Made by a program: the position numbers and the translations under genes
DNA from: Thecamonas trahens ATCC 50062
Taxonomy: Eukaryota; Protista; Apusomonadida
Reading direction: 5' to 3'
Assembly (NCBI RefSeq): GCF_000142905.1
Contig: NW_013657617.1
Span: 113,211 to 177,210 of the forward strand
Length of the DNA: 64,000 bases
The notes under the pieces: generated by a model
The model's database searches: none
The model's input: the letters and a program-made list of their open reading frames with translations, nothing else
Told to the model about the DNA's origin: nothing
Shown: positions 1-11,764 of the stretch, in pieces
Position numbering within the stretch: the stretch's first letter is position 1
Layout of the letters: every line of letters starts with the position of its first letter

Positions 1-310
1 ATGAAGGGAATTGGGTAGAAATGATAGGGGTGGTGGAAGGGGGGTATATGACCTATGAGGGTAGAGGAGGAGGTCATATGTGGAGGTATGCGTGGTGGGG
101 AGGGGGTGGGGGGGGGCGCGGGGTGGGGGGTGGGGCGGGGGGGGGCGGCCAGGTGGGCTTTGGTCTCAGCGACGACGTCAGCGAAATTTGTGCCTTTTTT
201 GCTTCGTCATGCTCAGTGTGGGGTGGGCATGGGGGAAGGCTAGGAGGGGAGGGGGGGAGGGGATGAATGGGAGGTGGGGTGTATGTAGTGTGTATGTGGT
301 GGTTACCTAC

Positions 311-401
311 CATCGTCAAAGGTCTCCTCAAAGTAGATCTTGCCATGGGCAAGCTGGGCCACAATGGCCAGCGCAACGAGAAACAGGCACACAGTCTTCA
401 T
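311..401 (-). CDS. CALR: Calreticulin, first coding exon (gene continues beyond the left edge of the window)
   Basis: ATG at 401 gives MKTVCLFLVALAIVAQLAHG-KIYFEETFDD-G: a signal peptide followed by the calreticulin mature N-terminal motif (I/V)YFxExFDD. A GTAGGT donor at 310 and a C-rich intron follow. Absent from the ORF track. Confidence 0.7.
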
Positions 402-1162
402 AGCGACAAGTGGGTGGCGATAGCATTATTTGATGTACCCTTTATCGTTACGTTTGCCTGACTTGGGGGGATTGATTGCCAACCAACGATCTTTTGTTAT
501 TGACATTGTTCAATGGCACCTCGTCTCCGCCACCATTGATATTCTCTTGTTGATGTGATTGTCACTTTCTTTGCTCTCTCCCACGATCGAGTGATGCGAT
601 GATTATGACTCGTCGACGGCAAGCACACACTTCATTCACAGCGACGTCTCTGACTCGGCATGCGATCAACACTCTCGGTTGCTGGCCTACCGGGCGCTCC
701 GCTGGCTCGACGGCTTGAGAGATTTCCCCCTGCGCTGGCCATCTTTGCCAGCATATCTTGCCGATCGGCACGGTCACCCGCGTGTGCATGAGCGCCGTTC
801 GATGGCTCGCGTACACACGATGTCCAGGTAAGAGGTGCTACGCCCTAGGATTGTTTAAACTCGATTTTCACCTACCTTGATCCTTGTTGCTGCTAGACGA
901 GGGCGGTCTTCGTCGTGCCAATCGAATGGCACCAGCTGTCGGGGTACGCGCGAGCAGATCACACGCAGCCGAGGGATGGGAGCGAGGAATGGGAGGGTGC
1001 TGAGGGATGGCAGTCAATGGCAGCAACCGATGGCTGGCGAGAGCGGGAGAGTCGACAGACGCGATCAGGCACAACATCACCACCATCTCCACCACATAGA
1101 CAGGGAGCGAGGAGGAAGAGATGGAGGGGGCGAGCGTCCACCCACCTCCAGTTCATGACCCA

Positions 1163-1819
1163 CTACTCCACATCAGCCTCAGCCTCGGCCCCAGCGTACC
1201 GCTGGACCTTGTACGCCACGTTGCGCCACATACCGGCACCACGGGCCGGCAGCGCCCACTGAGCCTTCCTGCGCACGGGAGGGTAGGGGTGAGTGGACAA
1301 CGGGTACATGTGGTAGGCACGTGATGGGCATGTGTCGAACAAGAGTGGCGTAGACGGAGCGTGAGCCGGGCCGGGGGCGGGGCGAGGCGGGAGCGGGAGG
1401 GGCAGTCGGCTGGCTCGGTCGGCGTATTTTTGGGCGTGGCGGGAGGGGGTACGGGCATGGGGACAGAGGGCGTGATATAATGGTGGTGGGGATGGAGAAA
1501 GTGGATACAGGGGTGGAAGAGGGAGTGGTAAAGAGGGTACGCTGTTTGGGAGGGGGTTGGAGGGGGTGGTGTAGGCTGGGGAGAGGGTGGGAAGGGGGAG
1601 GGGAGGGGGGGTATGTCGCGCGGGTGGCGGTGGTGGCGATGGCCATCCCCCCCCCCCCTCCCCCCTTCCACCCTTCTGGTGGGGGTGGGGGTGGGCATGG
1701 GATTCAACTTACAGCTCATCGGCACGGGCCTTGGTCTTGAGGAGGTAGCCGTTGCGGACAGCACGGCGGTGGTTCGGGTCCTCCATAAAGCTGGCAATAA
1801 AGGCAGTGATGAAGGCCAT
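1163..1819 (-). CDS. Spliced 70-aa protein resembling mitochondrial complex I accessory subunit P1; join(1713..1819,1163..1268)
   Basis: ATG at 1819, GTAAGT donor at 1712, ACTCAC then CAG acceptor at 1269, phases match, TAG at 1163-1165. Product: MAFITAFIASFMEDPNHRRAVRNGYLLKTKARADELKAQWALPARGAGMWRNVAYKVQRYAGAEAEADVE. The pattern MxFI..F...MEDP..R...R...K..WALP.R..G.W recalls plant P1. Confidence 0.6.
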
Positions 1820-2088
1820 GTTGGGCGGCAGAAGCGGAGAGCAATGTGCCGTCGCTTGGTTGCCGCCCGCAACAGCCGCTCGCTGCGGAGTCGGTCGCCT
1901 CGCTGCCAGCCGACAGCCGCTCCTTGCCGCCGCCAGCCTGACCTGGCGTGGGTTTTGGGGGAGGCAAACATGTATATCTACATTATGCGAGTCAATGGCA
2001 ATAATGGGGAGGCAAGGTCGGACGGCCAGATGTGATCATCACAACTAACAGCCACCATCGACAACCACAGGAACTATTCATACGGGCA

Positions 2089-5000
2089 TCACTTGGGCCC
2101 ATCCACGGGCAACAAGATCATAGCCACGTTGCGGAACTTAAAGTCGGCGAGGAGGTGCGAGGCTTGTGGCCGGAGCCGCGGGTTGTCGGCCCAGCAGGCG
2201 GCGATCATGTCACGGACGGCCAGCGGGAAGATGTCGACGAGCGCCGGGCGGGTGCCCATCAGGATGGCGTGCCCGACCTCGAGAGCATTGATGCCGGAAA
2301 ACGCGGTCTGGCCCGTGACGAGCTCGTAGAGGAGCGTGCCAAAGACAAACATGTCCGACTCGGGCGACGCCGCCGAGCCGCGTAGTTCGTCCGGCGACAT
2401 GTACGCCACCGAGGGAACGACCGTCATGGTGCCCATGCTCGACTTGATGCCGCCGAGGCCAAAGTCGGTGACCGACGCGCCGCAGACCACGCTGCCGCTG
2501 TCGTCAACGCGGAGGAAGATGTTTGACGGCCGAAGCGAGCCGTGCGCCATACCGCGCTCGTGCAGCTCGACGAGCGCCTGGAGGACGTCGACGATCACGG
2601 TGTGGGCCCCGTCCTTGTCGAGCCGGATCGGCGCGCCTGCTGCAGTCTTGGGCGTGTGGAGCTCCCTGCGCAACGGCTTGCGTCCGATCTTTGTTGTCGC
2701 CACGCGCTCGACCGTTGCCAGTGAGCCGTCCTGAAAGTGCGGGCCGATGAGGCCGATGTATGGCGCATCAAAGCAGACGTGGATGAGCGGCGCAAGGACC
2801 GACGAGCACGCCGCTACTGTTGTCGCTGCCGCGCTATCGCGCGCAAACCGCACCAGGCTCTCCAAGTCCATGGCCTGCCGCAGTAGGACCTTGACTACGA
2901 CAGCCGCTCCGTCGAGTTCGGCTTCGACTACCTGCGAGCACGAGCCGCGCACAGACGGGCCTTCCTGCAGCACAAGCTCCCGCATCAGCTTCCGCTCGCA
3001 GATCCACTTTTCGCCGCGGACGCCGAGCACAGGCGCCAGCCGCGGCGAGACGTGAGCAGACGCCGACGATCCGCTCATCGGCAGTGCAGAGAGCGGCAGC
3101 GCCAGAGCCCTGCTTTGGGTTCGCGGCAGTCGTGCGCTAGACTTTGTCCCCGGCGGACATGGTTTCGATGAAGACGACGGCGATGATGATGATGATGATG
3201 ATGATGAGGAGGATGATGAGGGTGATGATGATGACGACGATGATGAGGATGACGATAAAGAGCGTCGTGATGATGAAGATGATGTCGTCGGCGGCGGCGG
3301 CGGCGTCGACGATGACGCCAACGCCGTCGAGTCCAAGCGCAAGTTGGACGAGCCACTATGCACCCTCTCGTCGTGCTTTGTCGCCGATGTCGATGCCGTG
3401 CCGTGCGCTGACGGCGAGTCCGGGTGCGAGCTGCTCGATTCCCCGTGGCACGTAGTCGCGGCCTCTGCTCGCGGCCTGCGCACCCGCCGGATCTTGGTCT
3501 CCCTGCGCTTCCGCGAGGGCGATCCCAGGCTGCGCTGTGCCCTTGATCCGCCAGTGTCCGATCGTCTCTTCTTGGCCTTACCCTTGGCCTTACCCTTGAC
3601 CTTGGCCTTGCCCTTACCTTTGCCCTTACCTTTGGCCTTGGCTTTGCCCTCGACCTTGCGATTGGCCTTGGCCTTGGCCTTGGCTTTTCTCCTACCCTTG
3701 GCCTTGGCTTTGGCCTTGCCCTTGGCCTTGCTCCTACCCTTGGCCTTGGACTTGGACCCAGCCCTGCCCTCCAGCTGGACCTTGTGATCGCCGCGGCCAT
3801 CACCGCTTGCGCCCTGGTGACAGCTCTCCGACGACGTCATCTCGTCCTCCTCCTGTTCGGTGACGACGTCGAGCCTAGTGTCAGTCACAATGGTCCCGGC
3901 AGGGACTGACGCCGATGAGCTGTCCATGAGCGACGTGTCCGCCTCCCGCGACACAGAAAGCTCTGCGTCGATGGTCTGACGCAGAGGGTTGTGGCGATGT
4001 GACTTGCTCCGCTTGCCCCGCATGCTCCGCGACAGTATGCTGGGCTCCGAGTCTGGTCGCAGCAAGTCGCTGGTGCGCATACCAGCTCCGCCGATCGTGC
4101 CAGGGCTCAACGATGGCGGCTGGAGCGAGGCCGACGCCGGTGGGAGGCCTGGGCTCGGCGGGAGTGCCGCCAGCCCTTGGCCACTGCCACCGCGAACAAT
4201 ACGGGTGGCGCCCCTAGACTTTGGCCTCGAAGTCGACTTGGCCATCGACTTGGACCTGGACTTGGATATCGAGACCGAGACCGAGTTTGCGCCTGCACCG
4301 GATCTGCGGGCTGGGTTGCCCGCGCGGCGCGGGATGCTGCCCTGGGCGTCTGGCGATGAGGTGAGTCGACTGGCAGAGGCATAGATGCCGGTGCCACGGC
4401 CAAAGTCGAGGGTGGAGGTGCGGGCCGATGGTAGTTGGAGCGACTTTGCGGCCAGGGAGAGCTCAGCCACCTTGGCAAAGTCCGTCGTCCGCATGATGCG
4501 GTAGATGTCCTTGCTCTCGGACGCCTCGTGGACAATGGTGAACGGCGGCGGGACGCCGCGAGCGGCGAGCTCGGCGCCGAGCCCGGCCTCGACAAAGAAG
4601 CCCGAGGAGACCGGCGCCGAGGCCCAGAGCGACGACGGGCGGTTTTCAGCATAGTCGGAGACGTCCAGACCACAGTAGGCAAGGCCAAACACGGAGGCCC
4701 ACGTTGTGCGGAGTTTCTCGATGACTTCGCCTCCGGCTTCGCTTGTGCCGTACAGCGACGGGCCGTGGGTGATCATGCCCGAGGCGGCGACAACGGCGAC
4801 GGGCCCGACGACGCGCTCGATATCCTCGAGGGCACGGGCAAGGGGCAGAAGCTGCGATGATTTGGCAAAAGCGACCGTGACGGCGCCGAGCATGGCGCGA
4901 AAGATGTGCGCGCCGGTAGCGACGAGCGAGGTATTCACGACTTGGTGGAAGGAAGAGATGAGCTCGGCGGTTGCCTCGTGGTCCTTGAGTAGGTGGCCAG

Positions 5001-7765
5001 CGATGCCCGGGATGGCGAGGTGGACGGCGACAACAAGGCCGGATGGGTGTGTCGGCGCTTTGGGATACATGACGTCAGCGAGCGAGTACGTCGACTCGAG
5101 GAGCTCCGAGGTGGCGTGGAGTGAGAGTCGCTCGCTCGGCTCGTTGGACCAGAGGCAGGGAACGAGGTGAACAATTGGCTCAAAGACCGAGGAGACGCAA
5201 GTGAGATCTGGCCGACGGCCGTCGATGACCTCGAGAGCGACCGAGAGCGGGTTCTCGCCCGGATACAAATCGGAGCGAGTGGCCATTTCCCAGAGCGTGA
5301 TGGCAAAGGCATAGGTGTCCGAGGCCTCAGACATGGCGGACGCACCGCCGATGAGGACCTCGGGTGCGGCCCAGAAGAGGGTGCCAACCTCGAAGCGGAT
5401 GCCGTCTGCGGTGGCTGCGCCCGACATGAGAGAGCGGTTGGCAGAGATGTGGGTGGTGGTGGCGGGAGGCGCGCCGGTCGCCGGGGCGACGGTGCTGGCG
5501 CGATGGCGAAAGGAGCGTGAGTGCGACGAGACGAACCGTGTCGGTGGGCGTGTGGCCGAGGCGGCGGCGACGGCAACCAGGCCCGAGTCGGCCTTGATGG
5601 ACGACATGCCAAAGTCGGCGATCTTGGGCGACCACGAGGAGTCAAAGAGAACGTTGAGCGACTTGACGTCGCCGTGGACAACGCCTGCGGCTGCGAGAAA
5701 CTCGAGGCCCTGGGCCACGTTGTGGGCCCACTTGAAGATGATTGACGGGTCGAGGACGAGATTCGGCTTGTGCAGAACGTCGTAGAGCGAGCCGTGGTCC
5801 ATAAACTCGGTGACAATGGCGGGCGGATCGAGGATGACGCCCATAAAGATGAGGACGTTGGGGTGGCGGAGGCGGAGGAGCGTCGAGGCCTCGTCTACAA
5901 ACTGGCGCAAGCGTTTGGGCGTGAGTGTGGCCTGGCGTGTTCGCTTGACGGCAACGTCTGTGGCGCGCCAGCGCCCGCGGTACACGGTGCCGTACGAGCC
6001 CTCGCCGACGCAGACCGAGAGGACAACGCTAGAGGCGGGGATGACGAGCTTGTCGTCCGAGCCGAGGCGGTAGACAATGGAGCGGCGCTTGTGGAGGACG
6101 TAGGCGATGATGGCGATGGCGGCGACGGTGAGGGCGACGAGCGAGAGGACGATGCCGAGGATGAGCGCGAGCGAGTTGGCCGGCTTCTCGCTGGCGAGCT
6201 GGATCGAGTAGACGCCGGTGACCAGCGACGACGGCTTGAGGCCACTGGCTTGCGCAAACGCCTTGAGGTGGTATGTCCCGGTGGTGCCGAGCGAGATCGG
6301 GCCCGAGTAAACGGTCGACGCGGTGGTGGGCACCTCGTCGGCAAAAAGGGTAAAGTAGATGACAGCGTCGGGCATGGGCGAGACTAGGGTAACCACGATG
6401 GCGGTGGTGTACGTGCCCGAGGCAATATTAGTGGTCGGCGGGAGGGTCTGGAGGTGGACCAGGCGCTGGCGGTCGATCTCAAAAGACTCGAGATTGTCGA
6501 CGACGGCAGCGTTCGCGGCGGCGGGAGTGGGCGCAAGGAGCATTTCCGAGATGGCCGATGACCAGCGGAGGCCGAGGCGCGCCACGCCAAAGCCGACAAA
6601 GGTGTTGAGGCGAAAGACCTTGGACGAGGTCGCCTGCTTTGCAGCGAGCGAGTCGCCGACGAGGTACTGCAGCGACTTGCGAATCGGATACGCGTCGCCA
6701 AGCTTGCCAAGGAGTTCGGCCTGGACGTCGCGGCAGCCGGCATAGCGGAGATACTCGAGCGCTTCGTTCTTGTAGGCTGAGCTTTGTGGGATGCCGAGGT
6801 TGACGAGGAGGCCGATGGTGGCGTCGGTTGGCTCACCAACAGGCCGCGAGCCGCGGAGGCCGTCGTATGTCGGCCAGTAAAAGGTGACAATGTCGGAGGC
6901 GTTGAGCCCACGCTCGACGGCAAAGAACCGGGTCGACTCCATGCCGCACCCGATGACGACGTCGTCGGACGCCAGATCGGCAACCAGGTAGTGGTTCGGA
7001 GGCTCAAATGCGCGGTTCGGCTCGATGTAGCCGAGCTCGAGCAGATTGAGGACTTCGGCGAGCGTGTTGTTGACCCGCGGGTCGGTGAACGAAATGTTGC
7101 CCTCAAAGAAGTCGACGTAGGCCGAGTTGCCGTGCATGGTGATGAAGAGAAAATCAAAGAGAACGGTGGGTGGAACAAACGGCAGCTCCTGGGCGGCGAG
7201 GCAAGTTCTGCCTGTAGCCTTGACGGCGGCGCAGAGGCGCTTGAGCTCGGAAAAGGTTGTCGGGGCGGCGAGGCCAAGCTCATCCTCGACCACGCGGCGG
7301 TTGTACATGCAGAGCTCGGCGTCGCCGAGAATGGGGATGCCGTAGTAGGCACCATCGTCGCCCATCGACGCGGTCTTGGCAATGTCCAGTGCATCGTCTT
7401 CAAAGCCGAGCTCGTGCCAGACGTGCGTCACGTTGACAAAGTTGTCAACGTTGCGGAGCTTGGCGCCCTGTGCGGCAAAGAAGAGCGGAATGAGATCGGG
7501 GCCGACAAGCGAGTTGAGCCAAGGCGAGTAGACTTGACGATCCCCTGAAAAAGTAGCCAACATAGGATTAATGGTAAACGTTGCATTTGCCCGACCATTA
7601 AAAGCCTGAATCAGCGCATGCTCGCCCACACCACCTTTCATGGGCAGAGGAAACCAATAATGGTATCTCAACTGCGGCACCAATCCCAAGTAGCCATCAT
7701 CGAGCGCCTTGCCCACAGCACCGGGTGCCACACCTTGTACTTGCTCTGCTGCCACCATCCATGCT

Positions 7766-7826
<61 letters not shown>

Positions 7827-7929
7827 TGGGGGGGAGAGGGTTGGCGAGGATGATCATGATGGTGATCATGATCATGATCATGATCACACGCGCCCGGGTG
7901 ATCAAACTTGATCCACCACCCACCAACAT
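2089..7929 (-). CDS. Receptor-type TKL kinase: ABC-type solute-binding ectodomain, CHB_HEX_C/Fn3-associated domain, TM, active kinase, degenerate cyclase-like region, C-terminal pseudokinase
   Basis: 1946-aa ORF with a hydrophobic N-terminus. SBP motif DGAYYGIP..LCMYNRRVV..LGLAAPTTFSEL; SGTYTTAIVVTL..AVIYFT..PTTASTVYSGPI; TM LALILGIVLSLVALTVAAIAIIAYVL. Kinase 1 has GEGSYG/VAVK/HGDVKSLN/DFG/APE; kinase 2 has HGSLRPSN/DFG. Confidence 0.9.
7778..7826. repeat. (GAT)n microsatellite encoding poly-Ser in the kinase N-terminus; similar tract at ~3180-3280
   Basis: Directly visible run of gatgatgat... Confidence 0.9.
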
Positions 7930-8592
7930 TGGTGGCGGAACAAGGGGTGGATTCCGGGGTGGTGGGGGGGTTGGGGGGAGGGTGGAGGGTGGGGGGTGGT
8001 GGGGGGGATAGGGGGGTAGGTGGGGGGTCTGGAGAAAAGTGGTCGGCGTGAGTGGTGGGGAATGGGGGTAGCGGGTGGTGGGAATGGGGGAAGTGAGGTC
8101 GGCCGAGTGGATAGTGGGTGAGCGGACCGAGGGGCGGTGGGAAGGGTAGGGGAAGGAAGGTTAAGTGGCGGGTGGTCGAAAATTAGGAGTGGAGATGGGT
8201 TGACGGTGACAGGGTGGAGGTGGGGCCGGGTGGGGTTGGGGAAAGGAGAAGGAGAGGGGAAAGGGAAGGGCCATGTAAAGGGGTATGAATGCAAGTGTGG
8301 GTGTGGGTGTTGGTGTGGGTGGTGTGTGGTGTGGCTGGTGGGGATGGTGGGGATGGGAGAGTAATTGAGGGCAAGGTGGAAAATAGTTTAGTCTACGGAT
8401 GCTTCACCGGGACAACGTGACTCGCCAGCGGAACGGCTGAACGGCTTCCGGGCAACCAACCGACTCTGCTCGCGTTGCGGCGCGGTGCGGCGAGGAGCGG
8501 GTGGGAAGGATGCCTGGCCGAGGCCAACAGCGGCAGCGGCAGGGCGAGCAGCACGTGACTGCGGGAAGAAGAGGCAGGCGCAGGGTGTGGCA

Positions 8593-9793
8593 ATGTCTGG
8601 CGGAGGTCTGGTGTGGACACAGGGCGCATACAGCGACCTCCGGCGGAGCTTCAATCTTGTCCGCGAGGCCAAGAGCGAGACCATCGGCCTCTCGGAGCTC
8701 TCCGAGCTGGCAGCGGCCTTTGGCGCGAGCGTGAGTCCGACCGATGTGGCGCTGCTTCGGCGAGCTCTGGCGAGTGGTGGAAGCGGGGCTGGTGATGGCG
8801 ATGGTGAAGGTGATGGCGATGGTGATGGCGATGGCGATGGCGATGGTGCGGGAAGGCGTGTCGGCGAGGGAGATCGTGCCGGGCCCGGGGCTGGAGCTGG
8901 GGGTGGGGACGGTGGCGATGTGGCGAGGATGGTGGCCAAGGCGTCGGTGGCAGGGGCGGCGGGAGGGATGGGGGCTGGGGCTGGGGCTGTGAAATCGTCT
9001 GACTCGCTGGCGCACATGAGCTCGAGCACGGCGAGCTCGGGACTGTCCGGAGCGAGCCGAGGCGGTGGGCGAGCGGCGACGGAGATGGGAGCGTGTGGGA
9101 CGAGGACACGGGTGGGATGCGGATTAGCTGGCCGATTTCTTGGCGTTTATGCAGGGCAAGGCGATGGCCAACAGCGCGGCGGACGAGCTCGACTCGGCGT
9201 TTGCGGTCTTCTCCAAGGCTGCGAGCGGGGATGCAGGCGGGGCGGCGGCGCTGGGTCCGTTTGCCGGCGATGGTTCGCGGAGCGAGGTCGTGGATCTTGC
9301 GCAGATGGAGTCGGTGTTGACGCGCCTGGGCGGAGCGCGGCAGCTAAGACGCGACGAGGTTAGCGACTTTGCGGCAGCAGCGCGGGCGTGCGGCGGCGAG
9401 CTCTTCTCATACCGCAACATGGTGACGCTGATGATGACCGGCGTGCTCTCGCGCGAGCACGTGCGCCGGGAAACCAGCCAGAGACATGGTGATGAAGACG
9501 AGGCTGGGGGCGCGGGGCCCGAGGCTGGCGACGCGGTCGACGGCAGCGGCACCAGTCCACGCCCGGGCGATCGGCTACGGCGGGGCGGAAGCCGGCGCGT
9601 AATGAGCATGCCCGGGCGCGGAGGCGGGCGAGTGCGGCCGGGTAGCGGGCTGACGCCGCGCCCGCCGTCTGCCCGCGGCCGTGGCCGCGGCCGGAGCGCT
9701 CGCGGTCGGGGCAGCCGAGGTGGCAGCAGGCCGGGCTCGCGCAGCTCGCCGGCCACCGTCCAGCGAGTCTACTCGGGCCCGATCACGCGCTAG
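8593..9793 (+). CDS. Divergent calmodulin/centrin-like EF-hand protein with a frame discontinuity near 9090-9130
   Basis: The first frame gives YSDLRRSFNLVREAKSETIGLSELSELAAAFGASVSPTDV. The second gives LADFLAFMQGKAMANSAADELDSAFAVF...VDLAQMESVLTRLGG..LRRDEVSDF...FSYRNMVTLM. Together these trace a calmodulin-like helix pattern in two reading frames. Confidence 0.5.
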
Positions 9794-9849
9794 CAAGCGC
9801 GCGCGAGTGGCAGACTCGGGAGTGTGCTGTTAATACAGGGAGGGGGGCG

Positions 9850-11115
9850 CTAGAGTGGCGGGAGCGGGCCAAAGCGGGCGGCGGCGCGAGCAGAGATGCC
9901 GAGCGCGGGGTTGATGGGCTCGAGGCCTTCGTAGCCGAGCAGTGAGAGGCCGCAGAGGCCGAGGTGAGTGTGGAGTGGGTCCGGATGGTGGTCGGGCCAC
10001 TTGGCGAGGCCGCCGATGGACTGCTGGGTGGAGAGATTGTACGAGGTGTTTGAGTCGATGTCGACAAAGTCGTAGGCGTCGAGGAGGGCGAGGGCGGCAC
10101 CGACCCAGTACGAGTAGCATGTGTCGGTCTTCTTGTTTGGGCGGCCCTGGAAGCCAAACTGCTGGCGGGCAACAAGCCACTCGATGAGGCGGGCGGTGCG
10201 GGCGTCGCCAAGGGCGCCGAGCCGGCCGAGGAGGCGGAGGGTGCCGACAGCGCAAAAGGTCGAACCGGCGTGCGACTCCTGGCCGGGGCCTTGGGCGATG
10301 CCGCCGTCAAAGGCGATCGAGGCGAGGATGTAGCCAACGGCAGCGTCGGCGTCAATCGCCGACGTGTCGCCAAGCATAAAGGCGACTGCAGTGGCGGTGT
10401 AGAGGAAGCGCATGTCCGACTCGGACGGGTGTGCCAGCGGCGAGAAGGCGCCCGATGGCAGCTGCAGCTTGCGGAGCGCATCCAAAATAGCAGCCTTGTC
10501 GACCCGCTCAAGTCCATCGTCGCAAACCGCCAGCGTGCACAGCGCCGCGTAGGTGAAGGCAAGATGTCCGTAGTCGTACGCCAGGGCGCACTCGCATCCC
10601 TCATCCGACGTGACTTCCGGGTAGCGGGCGCCGACAAACGAGCCACCACGGAAACCGGCGCGACGAGCCAGATGCGGGTGATTGACGTTGTCCTCATCCA
10701 CGAGATGACCATGACCATGACCATGACCACCATGACCACCATGACCACCATGACCACTCTCACCACCACACTCATCATCATGACCATCTCGGCTGGCATG
10801 AAGCAGATGATCCGGAATGAGCTGCTGTGCGTAGACCCAGTCAATGATCTCCTCCTTCTCCACCACATCCATCCCTCCCAGTACATCCAGTCCGGCCGTG
10901 GAGAAAAAGGCAAGTGTCATCCGATTCTGGTCGAGCGAGACGTAGTCGCCCGGAAGGACAAGGAGGCCACGATGGAGAAACCTGAAGGGGGGGAGGGGGT
11001 GAGTTGCCATGCGGGGTAGGGGGTGGGGAGGGGGGGTGGGGTGGGGTGGGGGGGGGGTGGTGGGGGAGGGGGGGTAGGCTTACTTGATGTGCCGGTCACG
11101 GAGGAAGGCGGTCAT
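9850..11115 (-). CDS. PGGT1B: Geranylgeranyltransferase type I beta subunit; join(11084..11115,9850..10981)
   Basis: Spliced N-terminus MTAFLRDRHIK|FLHRGLLVLPGDYVSLDQNRMTLAFF (GTAAGC donor, TTCAG acceptor). Prenyltransferase motifs ESDMRFLY, ESHAGSTFCA, GFQGRPNKKTDTCYSYW, KWPDHHPDPLH. Confidence 0.93.
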
Positions 11116-11262
11116 GGTTGGTGGGGTGTGGGGGTGAGTGGCGTGGCTGTGGCTGAGGGTTTGGTGGTGGTCGTGGTGGTGGTGGTCGTCGTCGTCGTCC
11201 TGTCACCTGCTGTGGGTGGGCAAGTGGGCGGGTGGTGGTTTGGTCGCCCCCCCCCCCCCCCT

Positions 11263-11764
11263 NNNNNNNNNNNNNNNNNNNNNNNNNNNNNNNNNNNNNN
11301 NNNNNNNNNNNNNNNNNNNNNNNNNNNNNNNNNNNNNNNNNNNNNNNNNNNNNNNNNNNNNNNNNNNNNNNNNNNNNNNNNNNNNNNNNNNNNNNNNNNN
11401 NNNNNNNNNNNNNNNNNNNNNNNNNNNNNNNNNNNNNNNNNNNNNNNNNNNNNNNNNNNNNNNNNNNNNNNNNNNNNNNNNNNNNNNNNNNNNNNNNNNN
11501 NNNNNNNNNNNNNNNNNNNNNNNNNNNNNNNNNNNNNNNNNNNNNNNNNNNNNNNNNNNNNNNNNNNNNNNNNNNNNNNNNNNNNNNNNNNNNNNNNNNN
11601 NNNNNNNNNNNNNNNNNNNNNNNNNNNNNNNNNNNNNNNNNNNNNNNNNNNNNNNNNNNNNNNNNNNNNNNNNNNNNNNNNNNNNNNNNNNNNNNNNNNN
11701 NNNNNNNNNNNNNNNNNNNNNNNNNNNNNNNNNNNNNNNNNNNNNNNNNNNNNNNNNNNNNNNN
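11263..11764. other. Assembly gap
   Basis: Run of N. Confidence 1.

Noticed and set aside
21-1160. Short ORFs in the track (e.g. 74..376, 562..816, 915..1262)
   Set aside because: Low-complexity or antisense frames over the calreticulin intron and intergenic DNA, with no recognisable motifs.
1153-1971. 272-aa minus-strand ORF
   Set aside because: It reads through a C-rich intron. The spliced 70-aa model in other frames has proper splice signals and a family-like sequence.
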